A DNA stretch of 64,000 bases from Lingula anatina. Taxonomy: Eukaryota > Animalia > Brachiopoda. The notes under the pieces are model-generated. The model saw only the letters and a list, made by a program, of their open reading frames with translations. It did no database searches and was not told the origin of the DNA. The DNA lies in the NCBI GenBank assembly GCA_051362555.1, contig CM120646.1, forward strand, positions 6,634,001 through 6,698,000, read 5' to 3'. Shown piece by piece: positions 1 through 12,847 of the stretch (position 1 is the stretch's first letter; each line of letters opens with the position of its first letter). The position numbers and the translations under genes were made by a program.

Positions 1-2195
1 TCGTATGTGATAATTTTTGAAAAGAATATTTGACTTAAAAACGTAAAATATTATAAACAAATTATTATCATTAATATAGACATTTATATACAAAAACAGG
101 CGATGCCATATGGTTCAAATGCAATATACATTTATTTGTCTTAAAAATTCAAATGTGAAAACACACTTTTCAGTCTGCAGGATTTCATATAAGAAGCGAA
201 TTAAAAATCGCTTCGATGAACGAGAGGTTCCTAAAGTCGACGTTTTATTGAGAACATATTGACGCATGATAATTCATGAAAACTAATGTCTACTCCAAAG
301 TATTCATAATACATTCCAAATATTGTATGGGGCAGTTATACCCGATTTTTAATTGATATTTTATAGTTTTTGTCAGGACCAAAATGCATAACTAACTTTT
401 GATATCCTGAGTCTTTGCGTTTGACATCGTTTAGATAGTATAAATCTGGTATATATATGCATAAGTCATATAACGCAAAGCCTGCCTTTTTTAATACAAA
501 ACATTTGCTCATTATAGACGACACTTGACATTTCAAGGTAAAGTGTACTTTAAACATAATGTGAACACTGATGTAACTCCGTCACGCTGTCTGGCATTGA
601 AAAGTTGACGTAAGCCCATTATGTGAACAACGTTCATATTTTCTAATGATCAAAACAATTTTAAGGGATAAAATAACCACAAAAGACTACGTGCATTTAA
701 CCCAAATTATGACGAGTTACTTCTTGTAGTGTAACGCCAGGTATTTGTAAGTCGCTATATAGTACACCTATGCCAAATAATACACAGATTAGCTAGAACT
801 CATAACCGTAGTTTTAATGTCGCGAAAGAAGAAAAATATACACACTATGAAAGTTAATTATTGATGTTTTTCCGCCTTTAATAAATCACTGGAATGAATC
901 AGTGAATAATGTAATCTTAATTCTCTTGTCTTTCTGACCTAATACACAATGGGTTATGACCTCTTGTTGAATTGGAGTGATATATGAATATTAACAGGGA
1001 TATGAATTAAGGGCTGGCCTGTGCCATCTGCTCATGACTGTGTTTCATTTTAATGGATTTCTGAATGTGACTTGAATAGCACAATAAAAAGAGTATTGAC
1101 ATCAGAAATGGGGAGGTATGACAAAATGCCACCTAGTTCTTGTCGATATATTATCTGCTGATAATAAAACAGTCCATTTGTCAGTTATGGTATGGAATGA
1201 ACAGGCTTTGCAATACGTTTACCATCAGTCCTTTGTGAGTTTCGCTTTCTAAATGCGCTATTTTCAAAAGAACATATTTTATATTTTCATTTTTGCATTA
1301 AAACAACTTCCGTGTATGCATACGATTCTCAAAGTGTTAGTAAAATATCATGCTAAATCATATGTCGTGTACCATAGAAGCTAAAAATGTCAACTGCATA
1401 AACAGCTGTATCTAAACCGGAACAAAATTAAGGAAAACTGTGACGTTTTTTTTTTGTATGATGTAACCCTAAATGAATGAGGAATCTAAAAGATTGGGAA
1501 GTTTCATATTCGTAAGGATTTTTTCTCCGTCACCCCTGAAAGCAGATGTCAAATAATAACGATAAATAACAAAAAAACAAAAACAAAAATAAAATAACTA
1601 AATTTAACGCCTATGTTTCGTATTCATAACCCATTCCAACATTTAAGCTTTGATTTTCTATTTATACTTGTGCTTTTAAGCTGTGTTTCGAATTATCTAA
1701 AACATATCTGTGTATTTCTGGACTAAACAAATTGCAAAGTAGAAGACGTGACTGGTCAATGTTCCACCTGTGTACATCCCATTAGAACGATTACAACAAC
1801 AACTTTTTATTGTTGCACATGCCCCATAGTACATTCCAAATGTATTGAGTAAAAAGTACAATAACATTGTTAAGTTGTGAGTCGTTTGTTTCACTTTTGT
1901 GTTTAGTCCCCTTAATTTGCTACTGTCAAAGCTAGACGAGAACAGGCCGTATTCCTATCATACGCCCATCAGTCTGTTCGTTGGTCATGAAGCATCGTCA
2001 TACGTAGATACACGCGAAACAGGACATATTTCGAGTACATACTAAAACAATCGAAAAGTTAATATTGAAAGTGAGGTTATTGGAATTCAATTGTGAAGAT
2101 TTATTTATGGGATTACATGTATGAACGATGAGCATACCGGTAAGTGCCAGACAATCTTAAAGATTTTATAATACTGTGGAAAATGCTTGTTCAAA

Positions 2196-2221
2196 TGTGT
2201 GTGTGTGTGTGTGTGTGTGTG
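2196..2221. repeat. (TG)n microsatellite
   Basis: Direct reading. Confidence 0.9.
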
Positions 2222-5200
2222 CACACGTTTGCGAACGTGTATCTGTGCGTTTTTGTTTGTGGCGCACTTTTTGTTTTTTGTTTTTTTTTTTTTTTGGGGG
2301 GGGGGTTTGAAGGAGGCAGGGTAAAGCCAGATAAATGGCTGTAGATGGCTGTAAATCTTGTTTTATGAGCGAGAGTATACATGTACTAATGCACATATAT
2401 GAAAATATATCAGCCCTGTCACTTAATGATACAAGGACGTGGTCTTTACAGAATAGTGTTGTGTAACCCTAATATTTAATGCGATACTTTCTTTCCTGAC
2501 GTCGGTTTGGGCACAGGCATCGCCTCATTCAAATCTCCAGATAGCTGATTGGGTTATCAGGAGTATCATCTGTTTCTCGACACCTGACAGTTACCCGGGA
2601 TGTTCAGGTCACCAAGATCAACAAAATGGCACAAAATTCACCCAAATGTCGCAAAATCGTTTGCTTCAGAGGATCGACCACATAATTATTTTGACACTGT
2701 ATGCTGAAACGCTCTGTATTTAAAGAGAAAGATATGCCTTTAAAGACTTGTTGCAAATTATGTATTGAATGTATAAAATGCCGTTGTAAATATTACTTGC
2801 TAAATCCAGAAAATATAAAAACCCATATAAAATTTTAAAAAATCGTAAATTAAATGCAGCCATAAATAAAACGAACCCGTTTGAAGCAGTTCTAAATACA
2901 AACGAAAGTAACAGAATTATAGGAAAAAAAACATATTTAATTGATACCCAAAACGGCGAGGCAGATACACTTAAATCGATTCTTTTACCAATCAGCGTCA
3001 TTCAACGTAGGTGGGGCTACACGTGACTTATTCAAAGGCAGCCACTTCGTCCCGTTGCTTGCTCTCTGCCCTTTTAAAATAAAAACCCCGGCTAGACGCT
3101 GCGATGCTAATTAGAACTTGACATTCAACTGGTTTTAAGTAAGTCTGCTCCAAATTGTTGGGTTCACCATAGTCTTGCTGCCCTGTGTCAATTGGCGGTG
3201 GAGCGAGAGGTGTTCTGTATTCTGAGTCCAGGGCCGCCTCGCCCCTGATCGCATCATCTATGTGTTCGAGCATATGGACCATTTTTTTCATGTTGAATTC
3301 TGTGTTTTGCTTTCATGATCCAACCATTCACAATTATCACTCCCAAATATTCCAACGAGAGAATCCACGAGTTAGATACATGAATACATCAGTCTAGCGT
3401 GCCCCGTTGTTTTATTATGCAGTGTGGCCTCTATATTTTGAAAAAAAAAGTTATATCGTAACCTCTCGCCTCTATGTGAAGTCATGGGTGGTTGCCTTAT
3501 TGAAAGACACGAAAGGATATCTGTTCTCGCTTCTGTAAGAGGTGTGGGTAGGCCGCGGATCAAATGACAGAAAACTAACTTAATTATGCCCCTATTTTTC
3601 CTAAAATTGAACACACCCGACTATCCCTATTTAGATGCACCACAAACTCGAATATGAAGACCTTTAACTGTGGTTTCCTGTACACCGTGTACCAAGGGGT
3701 CCACTTAATGTGACTTTAACTGCAAATGTCTGGAATTTCCTTTATAAGACAATAAGCGAACGGACATTCTGGCGAGAGACCCTTTGCAGAATATTACGCG
3801 TGCAAACAAGTTAAAAATATAGTTTATTTCAAAATGTAGTCAACTATCCTGATGAAAACTGAGCCATGTAGTAGTGTTACTCATAAAGTATTGGGGAAAA
3901 AAGCTTTCAGCTATGTCTTGAAGAAATTGAACAGCTTTATATTTTTATTACTACGTATTCGACTAATTTTCTTTCGTGGAAAAAAGCCAAAATATCCTTT
4001 GTATCCGTAATGAGACAACATGCAAGATGTCGATCAAGCACTTGAGGTGTGTGCGTGTGCGTGCGTGTGCGTGTGTGTGTATGTGAAAGGGGGGCGGGAA
4101 CTCTCATTTACCCTCGCGTAATAACAAGCAGCCCTGCTCATAAATATAGACGAGTTTAGTGTTTCTTAATGCTCATGTCTGGTATACAGTGATTCTGGGT
4201 CACTGAAATGTGCAATGTGAAGGATCAAATTTCACAACAAGGCAATATGTGCACATGAAACCGGTGTTTCTGGTTGCCTTGAAATTTTAGTGGTGGGTGT
4301 GCGATTTTATATTTTGTTATGTTGCTGAAAGGACAGTGAAGAAGCAAGATTTTGTTTTAAAGAAAAGTAAAGACAATAAAGGCGGGAAAATGTGTCTTCA
4401 GATGGCGAATTTTTAGGTCACGATCGGAATGTATTGGCTTAGCATATGAAAACTGGTCACCTTTATCAAGCTGTATATATTAGACATCAAATATATCATA
4501 TAGCAATGCATTTATCACTGATGTGTTTCAATGGACGAAATAATTAACGTACAATATACACCCAGCATTGGATTGGAAACGAAAAACAAAATTCAGAAGA
4601 GTTGAAAAATATTGAAAAGGTAAAAAAAGAAAAACAACTTGTAGCAAATTTCAGAACCCACCCGCATTTGGCATTTGGCTGATTCTCATTCTAATTTAAA
4701 ATCACGTTAATTAAGTAACCGCACTAAAACTAGATCAAATTCCAACCAATTCAGTTTTTATTGTAGACCTTACTCGGGGCTAAATGTTCGGACAACAATA
4801 CTGAAGGTTCGGCTTTATGCCTGTCCTCATCAAATCTCATTTAAAAGACCGCTCACTTGCAGGAACACGGCTAACTTTATTGAATCTCAGCGGGTCTCAT
4901 TCGACTGATTACATGACGGCTGAATTCAGTATTAAATGATGCTCGTGTAAGTTTAGTAAATCGCTGTACGACTGAAAAGAAAACATGGGTTCGTCGTGTA
5001 TAATTATTTTGAAATTAAGAACGTTTAATTTTCTACTTTGAAATCTGTCTTGGAGGTACAGCGGTAGGGGGGAATGACTATAAAGACTGGTTGTGGGTCG
5101 AACATGTATATTGGTGGATTAACTTCTCAAAACATGAAATACATCAGTGCTAGGTGACCTCTGAAGGGAAAAAACACTGGCGTAAAAAGTTAAGATTTTA

Positions 5201-5593
5201 TTTCCAAATTTCCTGAGATGTCGAATCTGATTTATACATGAATCTATCACAAGGAAAACATGATGAATACAATTTGACGTCATGGCACATCCCGCCATCT
5301 AAAAAAACTACTTTTTTTAGAATTTCCGTACATTTAAACATCGAATCACTTAGTCTTTAGCTGATTTTTCGATTGATACTTAACAATCAAATTCCCCGTC
5401 CTACCAATCACTGAGCTGACCTCTGTCCAAGAGCACTGACCACCGGCTATTACTTCTGATCCCTCTTTGATGTCCCAGTGACGCAATTTTCATTTATAAA
5501 CAGCTGTCGAGTTTGGTGTCTGAAAATAGAAAGAGCCTGGTATAAAACCACTGACAGGTTTATGGGATTTTTGACCCTGATGTGAAGGCCTTG

Positions 5594-5665
5594 CTATAGA
5601 TAGGTTGCTGTAGCATGTTTGTGAGGCTCGTTACTGGCATGCATTGCTACAGGCCACACTCATAG
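5594..5665 (+). ncRNA. Candidate pre-miRNA-like hairpin
   Basis: By eye, ggttgCTGTAGCAtgtttgt pairs with gcatgcatTGCTACAGgcc, with a basal ctat/atag pair and a ~14-nt loop. No match to a miRNA I recognise. Confidence 0.25.
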
Positions 5666-6086
5666 ACCGGCGAAAAGTGGTGCATGGATTATTGTCCTTT
5701 TTACTAAACTCACTCGTGCATGGAATGAAAACTGCAGAGCATTTCCCACGTATCACCTCCATTATATGTTTTTTTTTCTCTATTTTTGTAATTAGAAATA
5801 TGTTTATTATATATCAACCAGTTTCTTCAAAAAACTAGTGCGGAGTATAGCTTGATATGAATTGATAATGCACTTCTTGTCAGTTAAAATTTGTAATTTA
5901 CACTGCTAGAATCACCAAATTTGCCACCACTATTTCTACCTGAATGTCTCAGAAAAACTGCAGTTCTGATTAAAGTTATTTAAAACTTAAGTTTTAAACT
6001 GAACAAGAATAATGCATGGTATTGGCACCCAATTGAGCGTGTCATCCCGCGGCATTTTTGCTTAAAATAAAATTCTTTCAAAAAGA

Positions 6087-6087
6087 A

Positions 6088-6130
<43 letters not shown>

Positions 6131-6132
6131 AT
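6087..6132. repeat. (AAAT)n microsatellite
   Basis: Direct reading. Confidence 0.9.
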
Positions 6133-6527
6133 AGCAGATTATAAGCATGAGACGACTGTCGGTGAGTCACAAATGAAGGGCATTCCACTTTAAATTTTTA
6201 GCTTTTTAATTTTTTATTCAAAATTTTAATATTGACATGCTAGTCCGTGTAAGAGTTTGGAAGAAGTATTATCCAGTCACATGTTTTACCTCTCTGTCAA
6301 TAAAGACTGAATTCTAATTTGAAGAAATCGTAGTAACCCTCATATTGTTTGTCCATAAGATTTAACAATGAGTTTAACAATTTCATGTATCAGTTGAAGC
6401 GTTTATCAAGTTATTTTTACATCTTGTAGACCACAAAAAAATCACAAAACACCAACGGGAAATGAAAATTAACAAATTGTAATATATCAATTCTTCAGAA
6501 AAAAAAACTTTCATTTTGTCCTCATAG

Positions 6528-6810
6528 ACTGCAGAAAAAAACCGCGCCAGACCACTAGAAAACTGGAGAGGTCGGATATCCATACACTTCGAGTCTACAT
6601 CCGAATTTTATGAGCGGCCTCTCAAGTCTAAAGCGGGAGTTTCATATTACAGAGTGGAAATCAAGTGTGTACATATTACTCGACAAATGGGCATTTCCTC
6701 ACTTACGGCTCTTTTCTTCCTCCGTCTGAGCACAGAAAACAGTAAACAAAATTAAAATATAAAGACTCGTGGAACGCTTACACTAACAAAAGAAGCTTTT
6801 TCATGATGAG
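6528..6810 (+). other. Candidate upstream non-coding exon of Hox3
   Basis: Acceptor tttcattttgtcctcatag| at 6527 and strong donor GAG|GTGAGT at 6811. Internal sequence is slightly more GC/CpG-rich than the flanks. Confidence 0.3.
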
Positions 6811-8020
6811 GTGAGTTTTTTAACCGCGATTTGGAGATGTTAATTTAGATTAAAATAAAATAAAAATCAAAGCCGAGAGTTACTCTTCAGAAAAATCCGT
6901 TACTTGTGGATATTGGATAATTTGGCACTGAATTATTCGGAAAGAGCGTTAGAAATTTTGAAGAAAATAGAAATAATTAGTTCCATACATTTAAATGGTG
7001 AAATGGTGCGTAATTTTCCAAATGCTTTTGTTATTATTGCTTGTTAATCAACTAAACGTGTTGTTTTATAACAAAATGCACACCCATTTCAAAATTAACT
7101 CTACATACTTTTCAAATGACTGTGCACAGTATTAAACATTGATCATAATTAGAGTTAAATAAAGTATTTTCTCCTTAAAATCAGAAAGCTTAGCTCTCGA
7201 CCTCTTCTCTTCAATTATGTACGAAGTAGCACTTATTAATATAATCATCTCCGTATTGGGCTCGTGGGGATTGGAGAGAAAATACCGCGGAAATTAACTC
7301 GAAAGCGATGTGTTCACAGCGTGTCCCTAGCATACGAAGGGGAATAATACAAGTTGTAATGCAACGTACATAAGGGGGTTACACTCTTGCCACAGGGTGT
7401 GTTCGCTCAATTTGGTACTACTCATTCGGTAGTGCAACATGCGGCATGCTATTGCCATTGATTTTTTGGGGTCGTGCCGTTGTTTCCCATGGCATTATTA
7501 AGCCACATAAAACACTACAGTTTGATAATCTCATCAATAAATAACCCGTATTTTTCGGTGAAGTGCGTCAGTTTTCGGTGTTGAAAGGTGTCGATTCACT
7601 TGATTAAAAAATAATCGCTTACCCTCACGTAAAAGACTGAATAGTATGTGTATCACCAAGGCATGCAGAGTTGCAAATTGTAGCGGTAATTGCTATAGCA
7701 TTTTTGTCATTGAGGTTTCTTAGTTGTAATTAAACGTATTTCATTTGTTTCCGTAGTAATGCACACTGATGAAATACCTGCTGTCTAAAAAGCCATGATT
7801 TCCTAATATTTTAAAATGTTCTCTGACGTGTGTGGTTCAGCAACTACCAGGCCCCTACTACCGTCAGCGCTGTTTTATTTAGTAAAACGCGCGTAATTTT
7901 TAAACAAGCGCGAATATTTTCTTTATTGTTCAGTAATCATAACGAATCTGATTTATTTCAAATCTGATAATGGAGCTAGCTTAACCCCCCCCCCCCCCGA
8001 AAAAAAAAAATAAAAATAAA

Positions 8021-8053
<33 letters not shown>

Positions 8054-9724
8054 TTAGCCACAATGGCGTATAATATCTTCGGGGAGGGGGGTTAACATGA
8101 CCTTTAAAATTGTATCTTCAGGGCCATATTTCACATAATATAAGCACACAGGCGTACGGGTCACGCTCTAATTGGTGTGCATTTAAATGACAGTTAACAC
8201 GAAACGAAACAGTATACAGACAGTAAATAGGTACATGTACATATATATATATATACACTTGGTTCATGAAAACTAATTTCGCCATTTTTACCTCATTGAC
8301 TAATTCTTTAAAATATGTTCCGCCGTGAACTTGAATTATTCAAACCACTCTCATCAATCTGAAGCACTTAAATGACAAATATTTTGGTGTTAGAATCATG
8401 AACAAGATGCATGCATGCTTAAGTGTCATTTTACAACATACGATGAAGTCTCGCACGAAAGACCATAGTATTTCCTCGCATTCAATAAGTCAAGAATGCT
8501 AGAAATCAGTCAAAATTGCCCCATTGTGTCCCTTTGCTAATACCTCTGAGTTGCAGAAAGGCAAAGGGGGACCCAGCAATGAATAAGCGGGGAATATCTG
8601 GTCTCAAATTTCAAGCCAGTATATCACTCAGGGGCGTGACAAGACTGCGTTAAAGTGATACCGACACGGTCACATCAAACGCAGAGTGTTACGTATTATT
8701 TCGAAGTAAATTGAAGGATATGGGGGCTCAGATGAGGCGCCCTCAGATAGCATACACTAGTCCGTACGTCCCGTAACGTGTAATTTTGAAAGAAAAGGAT
8801 CTGAAATCGGAGCATATCTTAAAAAGATGACCTGACACGCAGGATACTTAATTGATGCGGGCGACGGGTCTTTTTTTCTTTGTTTTCCCCGAGTATCCCA
8901 AGTATCCCTTGTAATTAGTCGTTTTACGTTAAAGGCAAGTGAGGAGTTTTTAAGCTCAGACTTTAACAAAATGGGATTTTAAATTTAGTGATAATAGCAA
9001 GACTTGATGATTCAAAAGTGTTTATCCAATTGGCAACAGAGAGACGTACTGTACCGAACCACCGCGCGATCAGACTCAGCTCGTTAGCCCGCTGAATCTC
9101 CTAAGAAACCCCCCGGAGAATCGTTAATTTTCTGATCGTTTCACACACTCACAAATCTGAAACTGACACGTTACAAGACTCATGATACTTTCCAAGTCTC
9201 CCGAGGTCGCTGGAGATGTGAGATATTGCACTTATCGCTTGAAGATTATGGACATTTCGACGTTCTTGTTCGTTTCACAGGAGATTTCGAACGTCCTAAC
9301 GTAGAGGCTTCTGTTGTATTCTTTTCTTACCTACCTCACGGGGCGCGCTGATGCCTTGGCGTGCGGTTAACTGGAAAATGGACCTTTGCTCGGAGAAAGA
9401 TAGAAAACACGATGATACATCAGTAGCTGTAGATCCATATGATGTTCTGCGTTGTGTTAACAGTCGGTCGCCTCTCTACAAGATATGCCGTGTCTTAAGT
9501 CCATAGAAATAGGATCTACCTCGGAACACAGCCAATATTTGTGTGTACTACCGGTGACTTTAAAAGTTGGTTAAATTCATAACTCAGCGTCTGTTTAACG
9601 CAACGCAGCTAGACCTACTGCTCTCCCTGACGGGTTTGAGTCTTGATTTATGTGTGTTTAGAACATAATTGATGTCAAAGTTGCGCCGCAGTTTACTCTA
9701 ATCCAGCATGATTTTTATTTTCAG

Positions 9725-9821
9725 ACGCTTGTAAATAAACAAGAAGGAGCAGCCAAGCACGACCGCTGATTGGTGGAGCTGATCCACGTGACCCCTCCCG
9801 TCTGCTCTCAAGACCTGAAGC
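9725..9821 (+). other. Hox3 5'UTR portion of coding exon 1, preceded by a splice acceptor (implies upstream non-coding exon(s))
   Basis: Branch-like CTAAT (~9698), then atttttattttcag| at 9724. Contains ATTGG (9769) and CACGTGACC (9785). Confidence 0.6.
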
Positions 9822-10272
9822 ATGTCCCGCAGTGGCTCATGTCAGAGTGAAATAAATTTTACAAGTCGAGAGATGCAGAAAGTCTATTACGACCCCTCTG
9901 TCCAGCCCTACCCGGGATACTTTCACCATAACGGCTATGCGTACGATAACCAACATTTTAACGGTGGGAGTCCGACCATGGCCGTGGAGCACTATCGAAC
10001 AAATTGTCTTCTTCAGCCCATCAATTCTTCAAATAGTCAAACTAACTCGGACTATTACTCTAATGCTTGCATGCAAGACGACGGCGGCGGAGGCGGTGGA
10101 GGAGGTGGAAGCGGGGGTAGTGGGGGGCACACCCCTGTCTGTTCGGTCCCCGAGTCGCCCCCCGGGGAGGCCGGCCAGCCACCGGGAGGAGGGCCTCCTA
10201 AACCTGCCGAAATCTACCCGTGGATGAGAGAATCCCGCCAAAATTCAAAGCGACAGATGTCCCAGATATCAG
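9822..10272 (+). CDS. Hox3: Hox3 coding exon 1 (N-terminus, Gly/Pro-rich region, YPWM hexapeptide); conserved start probably ATG 9873, in-frame upstream ATG at 9822
   Basis: ORF reads MQKVYYD (PG3 N-terminal MQKxxYYD-like motif) ... PAEIYPWMRESRQNSK (PG3-type hexapeptide context; YPWM at 10215-10226). It ends at donor AG|GTATGT after 10272 (phase 1), in frame with the homeobox exon. Confidence 0.95.
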
Positions 10273-11190
10273 GTATGTAGTGTTTGTTGTTGGGGTACTG
10301 GTAAAAATGATCGATGACTTGTTGCTGAGCTAGCCAGCCTTAACGTTTGCCCTGTAAATCCAGTAATGATATACACGGGGCTGCCTGTTTGACCCGCTCT
10401 CATTAATCCTCAGCTGACGGAAGTAGGGGTTGTCTGTGTGGAGTTGGCTTTTCTGCAACTCTTTCAGTCTAGGAGCCTTTCTCGGAGGCTCTTGGTTTCC
10501 CTGAATGTGCAGAATCATGCCTAGGTTCACTGGTTCCTTTCAATAAGAGATACTGTAAATCTATAAGGCTATTTGGAAGGATTTTACGTGCGTCTTTTCC
10601 GGGTTTGTGCTACACTCTTCGGCTCCCATCTTTTTAAAGAGGTAAGCCTGACGATTATTTCTCAGAGAATGCTTACGGTGCGCATTGTCGTGTACAGCCA
10701 TTGGCAAACTTTGACAGTTTACATGACTGATTATACATCACAGTGTTCGTATTGTATATTATGTGGGTGTCTAGGTACAGCTCTTTGCACAAGTGGCTGT
10801 GTGTAGGTGACAAAGCAATATAGTTGGACATGCCGTGGTATTCAACAGTTAACTCGTGTAGGTCTATGCTCTCAACAAGTGATACAAAATTCCTAGTACT
10901 TCATTTAGATCAGTCCTTTCAATTCATCAGTTAAATGCAAAATAATAACTATATTCTTCTACAGTAGCATCATGGTTCCACGTCCCCCAAAGCATCGAAT
11001 TATATGTATTGTAATACAATTATTTAACTCCTTGGTTTTTTATTCTGATGATGGAAAACAGTCCAGACATAGCTGTATTTGTACGTTAAAAAGAGATATA
11101 TTTCTGCTTATTTCTACTCACTGTTTTGTGGATAGTGATTGAAGATGAAGACACCATTAACCCTGATGTTACTGTACATGTATGCAGTCT

Positions 11191-11224
11191 AAACCTTATA
11201 AAAAGTTAAACCTTATAAAAAGTT
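11191..11224. repeat. 17-bp exact tandem duplication
   Basis: aaaccttataaaaagtt x2. Confidence 0.85.
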
Positions 11225-12794
11225 GCATAATTATAAATATAGACGATTGAGTATCATCTGGGAAATGTTTTCGTCCTGAACCAGCATTTTAAATTTGGGC
11301 CTTCTAGAGTTGTTTTAATTGTATATAATTTTTCAACATTTTTTATTTCCTTATATTAAAATATGGATGGTATTTAATTAAATTTCTTTAAAAATTCCAT
11401 GTTGATTCCTACGTGAAATTTGATTTGGTTTGATTTGATTTTGTAACAATAAGATCCATTTTAGAATGATATTAAACTTGAAGACAGCCTACTGAAATGC
11501 TCTCAAGATAACAAGGTCTGCAAAAATATTACGTGAATCTTAAAATTACATGGATCACATTATATGAAACACGTTTAATTTGTCAAAAGTGAATACATTT
11601 CGTTATTTAAATTAGAATGCACAGTTAAACAGCTCCTATTTTACGCAATTCTCGTGCACTGTATATTTAATGAGAGAGAAAATAGACGTAAAATGGAAGT
11701 GACAGTCTGGGACCCGTAGCCAGGGTTATAATATTCAGGCCACTCCACGCTCTCGCTGTAGTGCAAGCCCTAATTTGTCTTGGAATGTAGAACAAGCAAA
11801 ACTGACGATACACAGATGCCTCGAAAGTTCAAGCAAAATATTCTGCAGTGTATGGAGGGCTCGGGGATTTCTATATTGTTTCTGTGCCAGCCATTGCGAA
11901 ACTGGTCCGCAAGGCTGGTGGAAAGATAGCACGGTGATTTGTGAATATATATTTCTTCTCGATTCCTGGGATTTGATTGTGTAAATTATTATTTCGTAGA
12001 AAAGGAATTATGGATAGTGTTGACCAGGTTTATGTCAATCCCGCTGTGTTATTATTCCTCGTGGGTGATTTTATTTCTGCGGTGCTTGGTGAATTCTACC
12101 CATTTTGAACAGAGTTTCGGTGTATAGTTTTACTTTCATATCAAAGCATGTTTTTCGTCATTATGAAAAATAATAATAATTTATTATTTACATTTGTTAA
12201 ATACGGTGCTCGTGTGACGTGAGTTGTATAATTATTTAATTTTTCATTTTCCATTCGCGTTGGATGATGACTATTGTGCGTTTTTCCAGATCAAAGATGA
12301 CACATTCATTATTTTTGTTATCCTCCTTTACTTCCGTGTTTATTTTTAACAAAACTCACAACTCCGCATTGTGCACATTTTTCTGTTCCTTTTGACATAA
12401 CTCGTAAGAGCTTACGTAACGTATCTGAGACATTGAGAAATGCATTAAAATGCAAACAAAAGAAAAAAAGGCATGTATCTTTCTCATCATTCACATATTT
12501 TAATAATCGTAAGTGCTATCGCCGCTTCAATAAATAAATAAATAGCGTGAAATATTTGTGTGTCGGCTTAATTTTCGAGTTTCATGATAATTGTAGGACT
12601 CTCAGGTCGCCTAGGAAGTAGAAAATAAGTCTGGTCTATTTTATTGTGAGTGTGCAACTGAGTGAAGCAAATGCGACTGTGACGTGCAGAGAGGAGGACA
12701 ATATTGATACCAGCCTGCACACAATGGCCGACATTGTTGGGATGTTGTGACGACGTGCTTAAGACGACTACGGTCAGATGTCACTGTCCATGTC

Positions 12795-12797
<3 letters not shown>

Positions 12798-12836
<39 letters not shown>

Positions 12837-12847
12837 TCTCTCTCTCT
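12798..12847. repeat. (CT)n microsatellite
   Basis: Direct reading. Confidence 0.9.

Noticed and set aside
6594-6612. TACATCCGAATTT, similar to the 3' half of miR-10
   Set aside because: The seed is absent and there is no pre-miRNA-length hairpin.
9937-10241. Alternative-frame and antisense ORFs over Hox3 exon 1 (also 26874-27330)
   Set aside because: Shadow ORFs of GC-rich coding sequence.
10348-10381. TGCCCTGTAAATCC miR-10-like word in a small hairpin
   Set aside because: The stem-loop is only ~33 nt and the seed differs.
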